Translations under genes and position numbers: made by a program
The notes under the pieces: model-generated
Seen by the model: only the letters and a program-made list of their open reading frames with translations
Told to the model about the DNA's origin: nothing
Databases searched by the model: none
NCBI RefSeq assembly: GCF_009914755.1
Contig: NC_060944.1
Strand: one strand, 5' to 3'
From: the human T2T-CHM13v2.0 reference genome, Homo sapiens
DNA: 64,000 nucleotides
Part shown: piece after piece, positions 25,453-40,400 of the stretch
Layout: every line of letters begins with the position of its first letter
Numbering within the stretch: position 1 is the first letter of the stretch

Positions 25453-28400
25453 CCCAAATATCCACTTACAGGTTCCACAAAAAGAGTGTTTCAAAACTGC
25501 TCTCTCAAAAGACATGTTCAACTCTGTCAGTTGAGGACACACATCACAATGAAGTTTCTGAGAATGCTTCTGTCTAGTTTTTATGGGAAGATATTTCCTT
25601 TTTCACCATAGGCCTCAAAGCGCTCCAAATGTCCACTTCCAGGGAATGGAAAAAGAGTGTTTCCAACCTACTGTATGAAAGCCAATGTTCACCTCCGTGA
25701 CTTGAATGCAACCATCACAAGGAAGTTTCTGAGAATGCTTCTGTCTAGGTTTTATATGAAGATATTCCCGTTTCCAACGAAATCCTCAAAGCTACCCAAA
25801 TACCCACTTGGAGATTCTACAAAAAGAGTGTTTCAAAACTGCTTTATCAAAAGAAAGGTTCTACTCTGTCAGTTGAGGACACACATCACGAGTAAGTTTC
25901 TGACAATGCTTCTGTCTAGTTTTTATGGGAAGATATGTCCTTTTTCACCTTAGGCCGGAAAGCGCTCCAAAAGTCCAGTTACAGACACTACAAAAAGAGT
26001 GTTTCAAACCTGCTCTGTGAAAGGGAATGTTCAATTCTGTCACTTGAATGCAAACATCACAAAGAAGTTGCTGAGAATGCTGCTGTCTGCTTTTTAAACC
26101 TTATCCCGTTTCCAACGAAATCCTCAAATCCAGCCAAATATCCACTTGCAGACTCCACAAAAAGAGTGTTTCAAAACTGTACTGTCAAAAGAAATGTTCA
26201 ATTCTGTTAGTTGAGGACACACATCAGAGACTAGCTTCTGAGAATGCTTCTGTCCAGTTGTTACGGGAAGATATTTCCTTTTTCATCATAGGCCTGAAAC
26301 CGCTTCAAATGTCCGCTTCCAGATACTGCAAAGAGAGTGCTTCAAACCTTCTCTACGAAAGGGCATGTTCTCCTCTGTGACGTCAATGCAAACATTCCAA
26401 AGAAGTTTCTGAGAATGCTTCTGTCGGGATTTTATCTGAAGACAATCCCGTTTCCAACGAAATCCTCAAAGCTATGCAAATATGCTCCTGCAGATTCTAC
26501 AAAAAGAGTGTTTCAAAACTGCTCTATGAATAGAAAGGTTCGACTCTGTTAGTAGAGGGCACACATCACAAACAAGTTGCCGAGAATGCTTCTGTCTGGT
26601 TTTTATGGGAAGATATTTCCTTTTCCAACACAAGCCTGAATGCACTCCAAATGGACACTTCCAGATACGATAAAAGGAGTGTTTCAAACCTGTTCTGGGA
26701 AAGGGAACGTTCCATTCTGTGACTTGAATGCAAACATCACCAAGTAGTTTCTCAGAACGCTGCTGTCTGCTTTTTATATGTATTCCCGTTTCCAACGAAA
26801 TCGTCAAAGCCAGCCAAATATCCACTTGCAGGTTCCACAAAAAGAGTGTTTCAAAACTGCTCTCTCAAAAGACATGTTCAACTCTGTCAGTTGAGGACAC
26901 ACATCACAAAGAAGTTTTTGAGAATGCTTCTGTCTAGTTTTTATGGGAACATATTTCCTTTTTCACCATAGGTCTCAAAGCACTCCAAATGTCCACTTCC
27001 AGGGAATGGAAAAAGAGTGTTTCCAACCTGCTCTATGAAAGCCAATGTTCAACTCTGTGACTTGAATGCAACCATCACAAGGAAGTTTCTGAGAATGCTT
27101 CTGTGTAGGTTTTATATGAAGATATTCCCGTTTACAACGAAATCCTCAAAGCTATCCAAATATCCACTTGGAGATTCTACAAAAAGAGTGTTTCAAAACT
27201 GCTCTATCAAAAGAAAGGTTCTACTCCGTCAGTTGAGGACACACATCACGAGTAAGTTTCTGACAATGCTTCTGTCTAGTTTTTATGGGAAGATATGTCC
27301 TTTTTCACCTTAGGCCGGAAAGCTCTCCAAAAGTCCAGTTACAGACACTGCAAAAAGAGTGTTTCAAACCTGCTCTGTGAAAGGGAATGTTCAATTCTGT
27401 GACTTGAATGCAAACATCACAAAGAAATTGCTGAGAATGCTGCTGTCTGCTTTTTATACCTTATCCCGTTTCCAACGAAATCCTCAAATCCAGCCAAATA
27501 TCCACTTGCAGACTCCACAAAAAGAGTGTTTCAAAACTGTGCTGTCAAAAGAAATGTTCAACTCTGTTAGTTGAGGACACACATCAGAGACTAGCTTCTG
27601 AGAATGCTTCTGTCCAGTTGTTACAGGAAGATATTTCCTTTTTCAACATAGGCCTGAAACCGCTTCAAATGTCCACTTCCAGATACTGCAAAGAGAGTGT
27701 TTCAAACCTTCTCTACGAAAGGGCATGTTCTCCTCTGTGACGTCAATGCAAACATCCCAAAGAAGTTTCTGAGAATGCTTCTGTCTGGATTTTATCTGAA
27801 GACAATCCCGTTTCCAACGAAATCCTCAAAGATATGCAAATATGCTCCTGCAGATTCTACAAAAAGAGTGTTTCAAAACTGCTCTATGAAAAGAAAGGTT
27901 CGACTCTGTTAGTAGAGGGCACACATCACAAACAAGTTGCCGAGAATGCTTCTGTCTGATTTTTATGGGAAGATATTTCCTTTTCCAACACAAGCCTGAA
28001 TGCGCTCCAAATGGACACTTCCAGATACGACAAAAGGAGTGTTTCAAACCTGTTCTGTGAAAGGGAACGTTCCATTCTGTGACTTGAATGCAAACATCAC
28101 CAAGTAGTTTCTCAGAACGCTGCTGTCTGCTTTTTATATGTATTCCCGTTTCCAACGAAATCGTCAAAGCCACCCAAATATCCACTTGCAGGTTCCACAA
28201 AAAGAGTGTTTCAAAACTGCTCTCTCAAAAGACATGTTCAACTCTGTCAGTTGAGGACACACATCACAAAGAAGTTCCTGAGAATGCTTCTGTCTAGTTT
28301 TTATGGAAAGATATTTCCTTTTTCACCATAGGCCTCAAAGCGCTCCAAATGTCCACTTCCAGGGAATGGAAAAAGAGTGTTTCCAACCTGCTCTATGAAA

Positions 28401-31400
28401 GCCAATGTTCAACTCCGTGACTTGAATGCAACCATCACAAGGAAGTTTCTGAGAATGCTTCTGTGTAGGTTTTATATGAAGATATTCCCGTTTCCAACGA
28501 AATCCTCAAAGCTATCCAAATATCCACTTGGAGATTCTACAAAAAGAGTGTTTCAAAACTGCTCTATCAAAAGAAAGGTTCTACTCCGTCAGTTGAGGAC
28601 ACACATCACGAGTAAGTTTCTGACAATGCTTCTGTCTAGTTTTTATGGGAAGATATGTCCTTTTTCACCTTAGGCCGGAAAGCGCTCTAAAAGTCCAGTT
28701 ACAGACACTACAAAAAGAGTGTTTCAAACCTGCTCTGTGAAAGGGAATGTTCAATTCTGTGACTTGAATGCAAACATCACAAAGAAATTGCTGAGAATGC
28801 TGCTGTCTGCTTTTTATACCTTATCCCGTTTCCAACGAAATCCTCAAATCCAGCCAAATATCCACTTGCACACTCCACAAAAAGAGTGTTTCAAAACTAT
28901 ACTCTCCAAAGAAATGTTCAACTCTGTTAGTTGAGGACACACATCAGAGACTAGCTTCTGAGAATGCTTCTGTCCAGTTGTTACGGGAAGATATTTCCTT
29001 TTTCAACATAGGCCTGAAACCGCTTCAAATGTCTACTTCCAGATACTGCAAAGAGAGTGTTTCAAACCTTCTCTACGAAAGGGCATGTTCTCCTCTGTGA
29101 CGTCAATGCAAACATTCCAAAGAAGTTTCTAAGAATGCTTCTGTCTTCATTTTATCTGAAGACAATCCCGTTTCCAACGAAATCCTCAAAGATATGCAAA
29201 TATGCTCCTGCAGATTCTACAAAAAGAGTGTTTCAAAACTGCTCTATGAATAGAAAGGTTCGACTCTGTTAGTAGAGGGCACACATCACAAACAAGTTGC
29301 CGAGAATGCTTCTGTCTGGTTTTTATGGGAAGATATTTCCTTTTCAAACACAAGCCTGAATGCGCTCCAAATGGACACTTCCAGATACGACAAAAGGAGT
29401 GTTTCAAACCTGTTCTGGGAAAGGGAACGTTCCATTCTGTGACTTGAATGCAAACATCACCAAGTAGATTCTCAGAACGCTGCTGTCTGCTTTTTATATG
29501 TATTCCCGTTTCCAACGAAATCGTCAAAGCCAGCCAAATATCCACTTGCAGGTTCCACAAAAAGAGTGTTTCAAAACTGCTCTCTCAAAAGACATGTTCA
29601 AATCTGTCAGTTGAGGACACACATCACAAAGAAGTTTCTGAGAATGCTTCTGTCTAGTTTTTATGGGAAGATATTTCCTTTTTCACCATAGGCCTCAAAG
29701 CGCTCCAAATGTCCACTTCCAGGGAATGGAAAAAGAGTGTTTCCAACCTGCTCTATGAAAGCCAATGTTCAACTCCGTGACTTGAATGCAACCATCACAA
29801 GGAAGTTTCTGAGAATGCTTCTGTCTAGGTTTTATATGAAGATATTCCCGTTTCCAACGAAATCCTCAAAGCTATCCAAATATCCACTTGGAGATTCTAC
29901 AAAAAGAGTGTTTCAAAACTGCTCTATCAAAAGAAAGGTTCTACTCCGTCAGTTGAGGACACACATCACGAGTAAGTTTCTGACAATGCTTCTGTCTAGT
30001 TTTTATGGGAAGATATGTCCTTTTTCACCTTAGGCCGGAAAGCGCTCCAAAATTCCAGTTACAGACACTACAAAAAGAGTGTTTCAAACCTGCTCTGTGA
30101 AAGGGAATGTTCAATTCTGTGACTTGAATGCAAACGTCACAAAGAAATTGCTGAGAATGCTGCTGTCTGCTTTTTATACCTTATCCCGTTTCCAACGAAA
30201 TCCTCAAATCCAGCCAAATATCCACTTGCACACTCCACAAAAAGAGTGTTTCAAAACTGTACTCTCCAAAGAAATGTTCAACTCTGTTAGTTGAGGACAC
30301 ACATCAGAGACTAGCTTCTGAGAATGCTTCTGTCCAGTTGTTACGGGAAGATATTTCCTTTTTCAACATAGGCCTGAAACCGCTTCAAATGTCCACTTCC
30401 AGATACTGCAAAGAGAGTGTTTCAAACCTTCTCTACGAAAGGGCATGTTCTCCTCTGTGACGTCAATGCAAACAACCCAAAGAAGTTTCTGAGAATGCTT
30501 CTGTCTGGATTTTATCTGAAGACAATCCCGTTTCCAACGAAATCCTCAAAGATATGCAAATATGCTCCTGCAGATTCTACAAAAAGAGTGTTTCAAAACT
30601 GCTCTATGAAAAGAAAGGTTCGACTCTGTTAGTAGAGGGCACACATCACAAACAAGTTGCCGAGAATGCTTCTGTCTGATTTTTATGGGAAGATATTTCC
30701 TTTTCCAACACAAGCCTGAATGCGCTCCAAATGGACACTTCCAGATATGACAAAAGGAGTGTTTCAAACGTGTTCTGTGAAAGGGAATGTTCCATTCTGT
30801 GACTTGAATGCAAACATCACCAAGTAGTTTCTCAGAACGCTGCTGTCTGCTTTTTATATGTATTCCCGTTTCCAACGAAATCGTCAAAGCCAGCCAAATA
30901 TCCACTTGCAGGTTCCACAGAAAGAGTGTTTCAAAACTGCTCTCTCAAAAGACATGTTCAACTCTGTCAGTTGAGGACACACATCACAATGAAGTCTCTG
31001 AGAATGCTTCTGTCTAGTTTTTATGGGAAGATATTTCCTTTTTCACCATAGGCCTCAAAGCGCTCCAAATGTCCACTTCCAGGGAATGGAAAAAGAGTGT
31101 TTCCAACCTACTGTATGAAAGCCAATGTGCAACTCCGTGACTTGAATGCAACCATCACAAGGAAGTTTCTGAGAATGCTTCTGTCTAGGTTTTATATGAA
31201 GATATTCCCGTTTCCAACGAAATCCTCAAAGCTACCCAAATATCCAATTGGAGATTCTACAAAAAGAGTGTTTCAAAACTGCTCTATCAAAAGAAAGTTT
31301 CTACTCCGTCAGTTGAGGACACACATCACGAGTAAGTTTCTGACAATGCTTCTGTCTAGTTTTTATGGGAAGATATGTCCTTTTTCACCTTAGGCCGGAA

Positions 31401-34400
31401 AGCGCTCCAAAAGTCCAGTTACAGACACTACAAAAAGAGTGTTTCAAACCTGCTCTGTGAAAGGGAATGTTCAATTCGGTGACTTCAATGCAAACATCAC
31501 AAAGAAGTTGCTGAGAATGCTGCTGTCTGCTTTTTATACCTTATCCCGTTTCCAACGAAATCCTCAAATCCAGCCAAATATCCACTTGCAGACTCCACAA
31601 AAAGAGTGTTTCAAAACTGTACTGTCAAAAGAAATGTTCAACTCTGTTAGTTGAGGACACACATCAGAGACTAGCTTCTGAGAATGCTTCTGTCCAGTTG
31701 TTACGGGAAGATATTTCCTTTTTCAACATAGGCCTGAAACCGCTTCAAATGTCCGCTTCCAGATACTGCAAAGAGAGTGTTTCAAACCTTCTCTACGAAA
31801 GGGCATGTTCTGCTCTGTGACGTCAATGGAAACATCCCAAAGAAGTTTCTGAGATTGCTTCTGTCTGGATTTTATCTGAAGACAATCCCGATTCCAACGA
31901 AATCCTCAAAGATATGCAAATATGCTCCTGCAGATTCTACAAAAAGAGTATTTCAAATCTGCTCTATGAATAGAAAGGTTCGACTCTGTTAGTAGAGGGC
32001 ACACATCACAAACAAGTTGCCGAGAATGCTTCTGTGTGGTTTTTATGGGAAGATATTTCCTTTTCCAACACAAGCCTGAATGCGCTCCAAATGGACACTT
32101 CCAGATACGACAAAAGGAGTGTTTCAAACCTGTTCTGGGAAAGGGAACGTTCCATTCTGTGACTTGAATGCAAACATCACCAAGTAGTTTCTCAGAACGC
32201 TGCTGTCTGCTTTTTATATGTATTCCCGTTTCCAACGAAATCGTCAAAGCCAGCCAAATATCCACTTGCAGGTTCCACAAAAAGAGTGTTTCAAAACTGC
32301 TCTCTCAAAAGACATGTTCAACTCTGTCAGTTGAGGACACACATCACAAATAAGTTTCTGAGAATGCTTCTGTCTAGTTTTTATGGGAACATATTTCCTT
32401 TTTCACCATAGGCCTCAAAGCGCTCCAAATGTCCACTTCCAGGGAATGGAAAAAGAGTGTTTCCAACCTGCTCTATGAAAGCCAATGTTCAACTCCGTGA
32501 CTTGAATGCTACCATCACAAGGAAGTTTCTGAGAATGCTTCTGTCAAGGTTTTATAAGAAGATATTCCCGTTTCCAACGAAATCCACAAAGCTATCCAAA
32601 TATCCACTTGGAGATTCTACAAAAAGAGTGTTTCAAAACTGCTCTATCAAAAGAAAGGTTCTACTCCGTCAGTTGAGGACACACATCACGAGTAAGTTTC
32701 TGACAATGCTTCTGTCTAGTTTTTATGGGAAGATATGTCCTTTTTCACCTTAGGCCGGAAAGCGCTCCAAAAGTCCAGTTACAGACACTACAAAAAGAGT
32801 GTTTCAAACCTGCTCTGTGAAAGGGAATGTTCAATTCTGTGACTTGAATGCAAACATCACAAAGAAGTTGCTGAGAATGCTGCTGTCTGCTTTTTATACC
32901 TTATCCCGTTTCCAACGAAATCCTCAAATCCAGCCAAATATCCACTTGCAGACTCCACAAAAAGAGTGTTTCAAAACTGTACTCTCCAAAGAAATGTTCA
33001 ACTCTGTTAGTTGAGGACACACATCAGAGACTAGCTTCTGAGAATGCTTCTGTCCAGTTGTTACGGGAAGATATTTCCTTTTTCAACATAGGCCTGAAAC
33101 CGCTTCAAATGTCCACTTCCAGATACTGCAAAGAGAGTGTTTCAAACCTTCTCTACGAAAGGGCATGTTCTCCTCAGTGACGTCAATGCAAACATCCCAA
33201 AGAAGTTTCTGAGAATGCTTCTGTCTGGATTTTATCTGAAGACAATCCCGTTTCCAACGAAATCCTCAAAGATATGCAAATATGCTCCTGCAGATTCTAC
33301 AAAAAGAGTGTTTCAAAACTGCTGTATGAAAAGAAAGGTTCGATTCTGTTAGTAGAGGGCACACATCACAAACAAGTTGCCGAGAATGCTTCTGTCTGGT
33401 TTTTATGGGAAGATATTTCCTTTTCCAACACAAGCCTGAATGCGCTCCAAATGGACACTTCCAGATACGACAAAAGGAGTGTTTCAAACCTGTTCTGTGA
33501 AAGGGAACGTTCCATTCTGTGACTTGAATGCAAACATCACCAAGTAGTTTCTCAGAACGCTGCTGTCCGCTTTTTATATGTATTCCCGTTTCCAACGAAA
33601 TCGTCAAAGCCAGCCAAATATCCACTTGCAGGTTCCACAGAAAGAGTGTTTCAAAACTGCTCTCTCAAAAGACATGTTCAACTCTGTCAGTTGAGGACAC
33701 ACATCACAAAGAAGTTTCTGAGAATGCTTCTGTCTAGTTTTTATGGGAAGATATTTCCTTTTTCACCATAGGCCTCAAAGCGCTCCAAATGTCCACTTCC
33801 AGGGAATGGAAAAAGGGTGTTTCCAACCTACTGTATGAAAGCCAATGTTCAACTCCGTGACTTGAATGCAACCATCACAAGGAAGTTTCTGAGAATGCTT
33901 CTGTCTAGGTTTTATATGAAGATATTCCCATTTCCAACGAAATCCTCAAAGCTATCCAAATATCCACTTGGAGATTCTACAAAAAGAGTGTTTCAAAACT
34001 GCTCTATCAAAAGAAAGGTTCTACTCCGTCAGTTGAGGACACACATCACGAGTAAGTTTCTGACAATGCTTCTGTCTAGTTTTTATGGGAAGATATGTCC
34101 TTTTTCACCTTAGGCCGGAAAGCGCTCCAAAAGTCCAGTTACAGACACTACAAAAAGAGTGTTTCAAACCTGCTCTGTGAAAGGGAATGTTCAATTCTGT
34201 GACTTGAATGCAAACATCTCAAAGAAGTTGCTGAGAATGCTGCTGTCTGCTTTTTATACCTTATCCCGTTTCCAACGAAATCCTCAAATCCAGCCAAATA
34301 TCCACATGCAGACTCCACAAAAAGAGTGTTTCAAAACAGTACAGTCAAAAGAAATGTTCAACTCTGTTAGTTGAGGACACACATCAGAGACTAGCTTCTG

Positions 34401-37400
34401 AGAATGCTTCTGTCCAGTTGTTACGGGAAGATATTTCCTTTTTCAACATAGGCCTGAAACCGCTTCAAATGTCCGCTTCCAGATACTGCAAAGAGAGTGT
34501 TTCAAACCTTCTCTAGGAAAGGGCATGTTCTCCTCTGTGACGTCAATGCAAACATCCCAAAGAAGTTTCTGAGAATGCTTCTGTCTGGATTTTATCTGAA
34601 GACAATCCCGTTTCCAACGAAATCCTCAAAGATATGCAATTATGCTCCTGCAGATTCTACAAAAAGAGTGTTTCAAAACTGCTCTATGAATAGAAAGGTT
34701 CGACTCTGTTAGTAGAGGGCACACATCACAAACAAGTTGCCGAGAATGCTTCTGTCTGGTTTTTATGGGAAGATATTTCCTTTTCCAACACAAGCCTGAA
34801 TGCGCTCCAAATGGACACTTCCAGATACGACAAAAGGAGTGTTTCAAACCTGTTCTGTGAAAGGGAACGTTCCATTCTGTGACTTGAATGCAAACATCAC
34901 CAAGTAGTTTCTCAGAACGCTGCTGTCTGCTTTTTATATGTATTCCCGTTTCCAACGAAATCGTCAAAGCCAGCCAAATATCCACTTGCAGGTTCCACAG
35001 AAAGAGTGTTTCAAAAGTGCTCTCTCAAAAGACACGTTCAACTCTGTGAGTTGAGGACACACATCACAAAGAAGTTTCTGAGAATGCTTCTGTCTAGTTT
35101 TTATGGGAACATATTTCCTTTTTCACCATAGGCCTCAAAGTGCTCCAAATGTCCACTTCCAGGGAATGGAAAAAGAGTGTTTCCAACCTGCTCTATGAAA
35201 GCCAATGTTCAACTCCGTGACTTGAATGCAACCATCACAAGGAAGTGTCTGAGAATGCTTCTGTCTAGGTTTTATATGAAGATATTCCCGTTTCCAACGA
35301 AATCCTCAAAGCTATCCAAATATCCACTTGGAGATTCTACAAAAAGAGTGTTTCAAAAGTGCTCTATCAAAAGAAAGGTTCTACTCCGTCAGTTGAGGAC
35401 ACACATCACGAGTAAGTTTCTGACAATGCTTCTGTCTAGTTTTTTTGGGAAGATATGTCCTTTTTCACCTTAGGCCGGAAAGCGCTCCAAAAGTCCAGTT
35501 ACAGACACTACAAAAAGAGTGTTTCAAACCTGCTCTGTGAAAGGGAATGTTCAATTCTGTGACTTGAATGCAAACATCACAAAGAAGTTGCTGAGAATGC
35601 TGCTGTCTGCTTTTTATACCTTATCCCGTTTCCAACGAAATCCTCAAATCCAGCCAAATATCCACTTGCAGACTCCACAAAAAGAGTGTTTCAAAACTGT
35701 ACTGTCAAAAGAAATGTTCAACTCTGTTAGTTGAGGACACACATCAGAGACTAGCTTCTGAGAATGCTTCTGTCCAGTTGTTACGGGAAGATATTTCCTT
35801 TTTCAACATAGGCCTGAAACCGCTTCAAATGTCCGCTTCCACATACTGCAAAGAGAGTGTTTCAAACCTTCTCTACGAAAGGGCATGTTCTCCTCTGTGA
35901 CGTCAATGCAAACATCCCAATGAAGTTTCTGAGAATGCTTCTGTCTGGATTTTATCTGAAGACAATCCCGTTTCCAACGAAATCCTCAAAGATATGCAAA
36001 TATGCTCTTGCAGATTCTACAAAAAGTGTGTTTCAAAACTGCTCTATGAATAGAAAGGTTCGACTCTGTTAGTAGAGGGCACACATCACAAACAAGTTGC
36101 CGAGAATGCTTCTGTCTGGTTTTTATGGGAAGATATTTCCTTTTCCAATACAAGCCTGAATGCGCTCCAAATGGACACTTCCAGATACGACAAAAGGAGT
36201 GTTTCAAACCTGTTCTGGGAAAGGGAACGTTCCATTCTGTGACTTGAATGCAAACATCACCAAGTAGTTTCTCAGAACGCTGCTGTCTGCTTTTTATATG
36301 TATTCCCGTTTCCAACAAAATCGTCAAAGCCAGCCAAATATCCACTTGCAGGTTCCACAAAAAGAGTGTTTCAAAACTGCTCTCTCAAAAGACATGTTCA
36401 ACTCTGTCAGTTGAGGACACACATCACAAAGAAGTTTCTGAGAATGCTTCTGTCTAGTTTTTATGGGAACATATTTCCTTTTTCACCATAGGCCTCAAAG
36501 CGCTCCAAATGTCCACTTCCAGGGAATGGAAAAAGAGTGTTTCCAACCTGCTCTATGAAAGCCAATGTTCAACTCCGTGACTTGAATGCTACCATCACAA
36601 GGAAGTTTCTGAGAATGCTTCTGTCTAGGTTTTATATGAAGATATTCCCGTTTCCAACGAAATCCACAAAGCTATCCAAATATCCACTTGGAGATTCTAC
36701 AAAAAGAGTGTTTCAAAACTGCTCTATCAAAAGAAAGGTTCTACTCCGTCAGTTGAGGACACACATCATGAGTAAGTTTCTGACAATGCTTCTGTCTAGT
36801 TTTTATGGGAAGATATGCCCTTTTTCACCTTAGGCCGGAAAGCGCTCCAAAAGTCCAGTTACAGACACTACAAAAAGAGTGTTTCAAACCTGCTCTGTGA
36901 AAGGGAATGTTCAATTCTGTGACTTGAATGCAAACATCACAAAGAAGTTGCTGAGAATGCTGCTGTCTGCTTTTTATACCTTATCCCGTTTCCAACGAAA
37001 TCCTCAAATCCAGCCAAATATCCACTTGCAGACTCCACAAAAAGAGTGTTTCAAAACTGTACTGTCAAAAGAAATGTTCAACTCTGTTAGTTGAGGACAC
37101 ACATCAGAGACTAGCTTCTGAGAATGCTTCTGTCCAGTTGTTACGGGAAGATATTTCCTTTTTCAACATAGGCCTGAAACCGCTTCAAATGTCCGCTTCC
37201 ACATACTGCAAAGAGAGTGTTTCAAACCTTCTCTACGAAAGGGCATGTTCTCCTCTGTGACGTCAATGCAAACATCCCAAAGAAGTTTCTGAGAATGCTT
37301 CTGTCTGGATTTTATCTGAAGACAATCCCGTTTCCAATGAAATAATCAAAGATATGCAAATATGCTCCTGCAGATTCTACAAAAAGAGTGTTTCAAAACT

Positions 37401-40400
37401 GCTCTATGAATAGAAAGGTTCGACTCTGTTAGTAGAGGGCACACATCACAAACAAGTTGCCGAGAATGCTTCTGTCTGGTTTTTATGGGAAGATATTTCC
37501 TTTTCCAACACAAGCCTGAATGCGCTCCAAATGGACACTTCCAGATACGACAAAAGGAGTGTTTCAAACCTGTTCTGTGAAAGGGAACGTTCCATTCTGT
37601 GACTTGAATGCAAACATCACCAAGTAGTTTCTCAGAACGCTGCTGTCTGCTTTTTATATGTATTCCCGTTTCCAACGAAATCGTCAAAGCCAGCCAAACA
37701 TCCACTTGCAGGTTCCCCAAAAAGAGTGTTTCAAACTGCTCTCTCAAAAGACATGTTCAACTCTGTCAGTTGAGGACACACATCACAAAGATGTTTCTGA
37801 GAATGCTTCTGTCTAGTTTTTATGGGAAGATATCTCCTTTTTCACCATAGGCCTCAAAGCGCTCCAAATGTCCACTTCCAGGGAATGGAAAAAGAGTGTT
37901 TCCAACCTGCTCTATGAAAGCCAATGTTCAACTCCGTGACTTGAATGCAACCATCACAAGGAAGTTTCTGAGAATGCTTCTGTCTAGGTTTTATATGAAG
38001 ATATTCCCGTTTCCAACGAAATCCTCAAAGCTATCCAAATATCCACTTGGAGATTCTACAAAAAGAGTGTTTCAAAACTGCTCTATCAAAAGAAAGGTTC
38101 TACTCCGTCAGTTGAGGACACATATCACGAGTAAGTTTCTGAGAATGATTCTGTCTAATTTTTATGGGAAGATATGTCCTTTTTCACCTTAGGCCGGAAA
38201 GCGCTCCAAAAGTCCAGTTACAGACACTACAAAAAGAGTGTTTCAAACCTGCTCTGTGAAAGGGAATGTTCAATTCTGTGACTTGAATGCAAACATCACA
38301 AAGAAATTGCTGAGAATGCTGCTGTCTGCTTTTTATACCTTATCCCGTTTCCAACGAAATCCTCAAATCCAGCCAAATATCCACTTGCAGACTCCACAAA
38401 AAGAGTGTTTCAAAACTATACTCTCCAAAGAAATGTTCAACTCTGTTAGTTGAGGACACACATCAGAGACTAGCTTCTGAGAATGCTTCTGTCCAGTTGT
38501 TACGGGAAGATATTTCCTTTTTCAACATAGGCCTGAAACCGCTTCAAATGTCCACTTCCAGATACTGCAAAGAGAGTGTTTCAAACCTTCTCTACGAAAG
38601 GGCATGTTCTCCTCAGTGACGTCAATGCAAACATCCCAAAGAAGTTTCTGAGAATGCTTCTGTCTGGATTTTATCTGAAGACAATCCCGTTTCCAACGAA
38701 ATCCTCAAAGATATGCAAATATGCTCCTGCAGATTCTACAAAAAGAGTGTTTCAAAACTGCTCTATGAAAAGAAAGGTTCGACTCTGTTAGTAGAGAGCA
38801 CACATCACAAACAAGTTGCCGAGAATGCTTCTGTCTGATTTTTATGGGAAGATATTTCCTTTTCCAACAAAAGCCTGAATGCGCTCCAAATGGACACTTC
38901 CAGATACGACAAAAGGAGTGTTTCAAACCTGTTCTGTGAAAGGGAACGTTCCATTCTGTGACTTGAATGCAAACATCACCAAGTAGTTTCTCAGAACGCT
39001 GCTGTCTGCTTTTTATATGTATTCCCGTTTCCAACGAAATCGTCAAAGCCAGCCAAATATCCACTTGCAGGTTCCACAGAAAGAGTGTTTCAAAACTGCT
39101 CTCTCAAAAGACATGTTCAACTCTGTCAGTTGAGGACACACATCACAATGAAGTTTCTGAGAATGCTTCTGTCTAGTTTTTATGGGAAGATATTTCCTTT
39201 TTCACCATAGGCCTCAAAGCGCTCCAAATGTCCACTTCCAGGGAATGGAAAAAGAGTGTTTCCAACCTACTGTATGAAAGCCAATGTTCAACTCCGTGAC
39301 TTGAATGCAACCATCACAAGGAAGTTTCTGAGAATGCTTCTGTCTAGGTTTTATATGAAGATATTCCCGTTTCCAATGAAATCCTCAAAGCTATCCAAAT
39401 ATCCACTTGGAGATTCTACAAAAAGAGTGTTTCAAAACTGCTCTATCAAAAGAAAGGTTCTACTCCGTCAGTTGAGGACACACATCACGAGTAAGTTTCT
39501 GACAATGCTTCTGTCTAGTTTTTATGGGAAGATATGTCCTTTTTCACCTTAGGCCGGAAAGCGCTCCAAAAGTCCAGTTACAGACACTACAAAAAGAGTG
39601 TTTCAAACCTGCTCTGTGAAAGGGAATGTTCAATTCTGTGACTTGAATGCAAACATCACAAAGAAGTTGCTGAGAATGCTGCTGTCTGCTTTTTATACCT
39701 TATCCCGTTTCCAACGAAATCCTCAAATCCAGCCAAATATCCACTTGCAGACTCCACAAAAAGAGTGTTTCAAAACTGTACTGTCAAAAGAAATGTTCAA
39801 CTCTGTTAGTTGAGGACACACATCAGACACTAGCTTCTGAGAATGCTTCTGTCCAGTTGTTACGGGAAGATATTTCCTTTTTCAACATAGGCCTGAAACC
39901 GCTTCAAATGTCCGCTTCCAGATACTGCAAAGAGAGTGTTTCAAACCTTCTCTACGAAAGGGCATGTTCTCCTCTGTGACGTCAATGCAAACATCCCAAA
40001 GAAGTTTCTGAGAATGCTTCTGTCTGGATTTTGTCTGAAGACAATCCCGTTTCCAACGAAATCCTCAAAGATATGCAAATATTCTCCTGCAGATTCTACA
40101 AAAAGAGTGTTTCAAAACTGCTCTATGAATAGAAAGGTTCGACTCTGTTAGTAGAGGGCACACATCACAAACAAGTTGCCGAGAATGCTTCTGTCTGGTT
40201 TTTATGGGAAGATATTTCCTTTTCCAACACAAGCTTTAATGCGCTCCAAATGGACACTTCCAGATACGACAAAAGGAGTGTTTCAAACCTGTTCCGGGGA
40301 AGGGAACGTTCCATTCTGTGACTTGAATGCAAACATCACCAAGTAGTTTCTCAGAACGCTGCTGTGTGCTTTTTATATGTATTCCCGTTTCCAACGAAAT

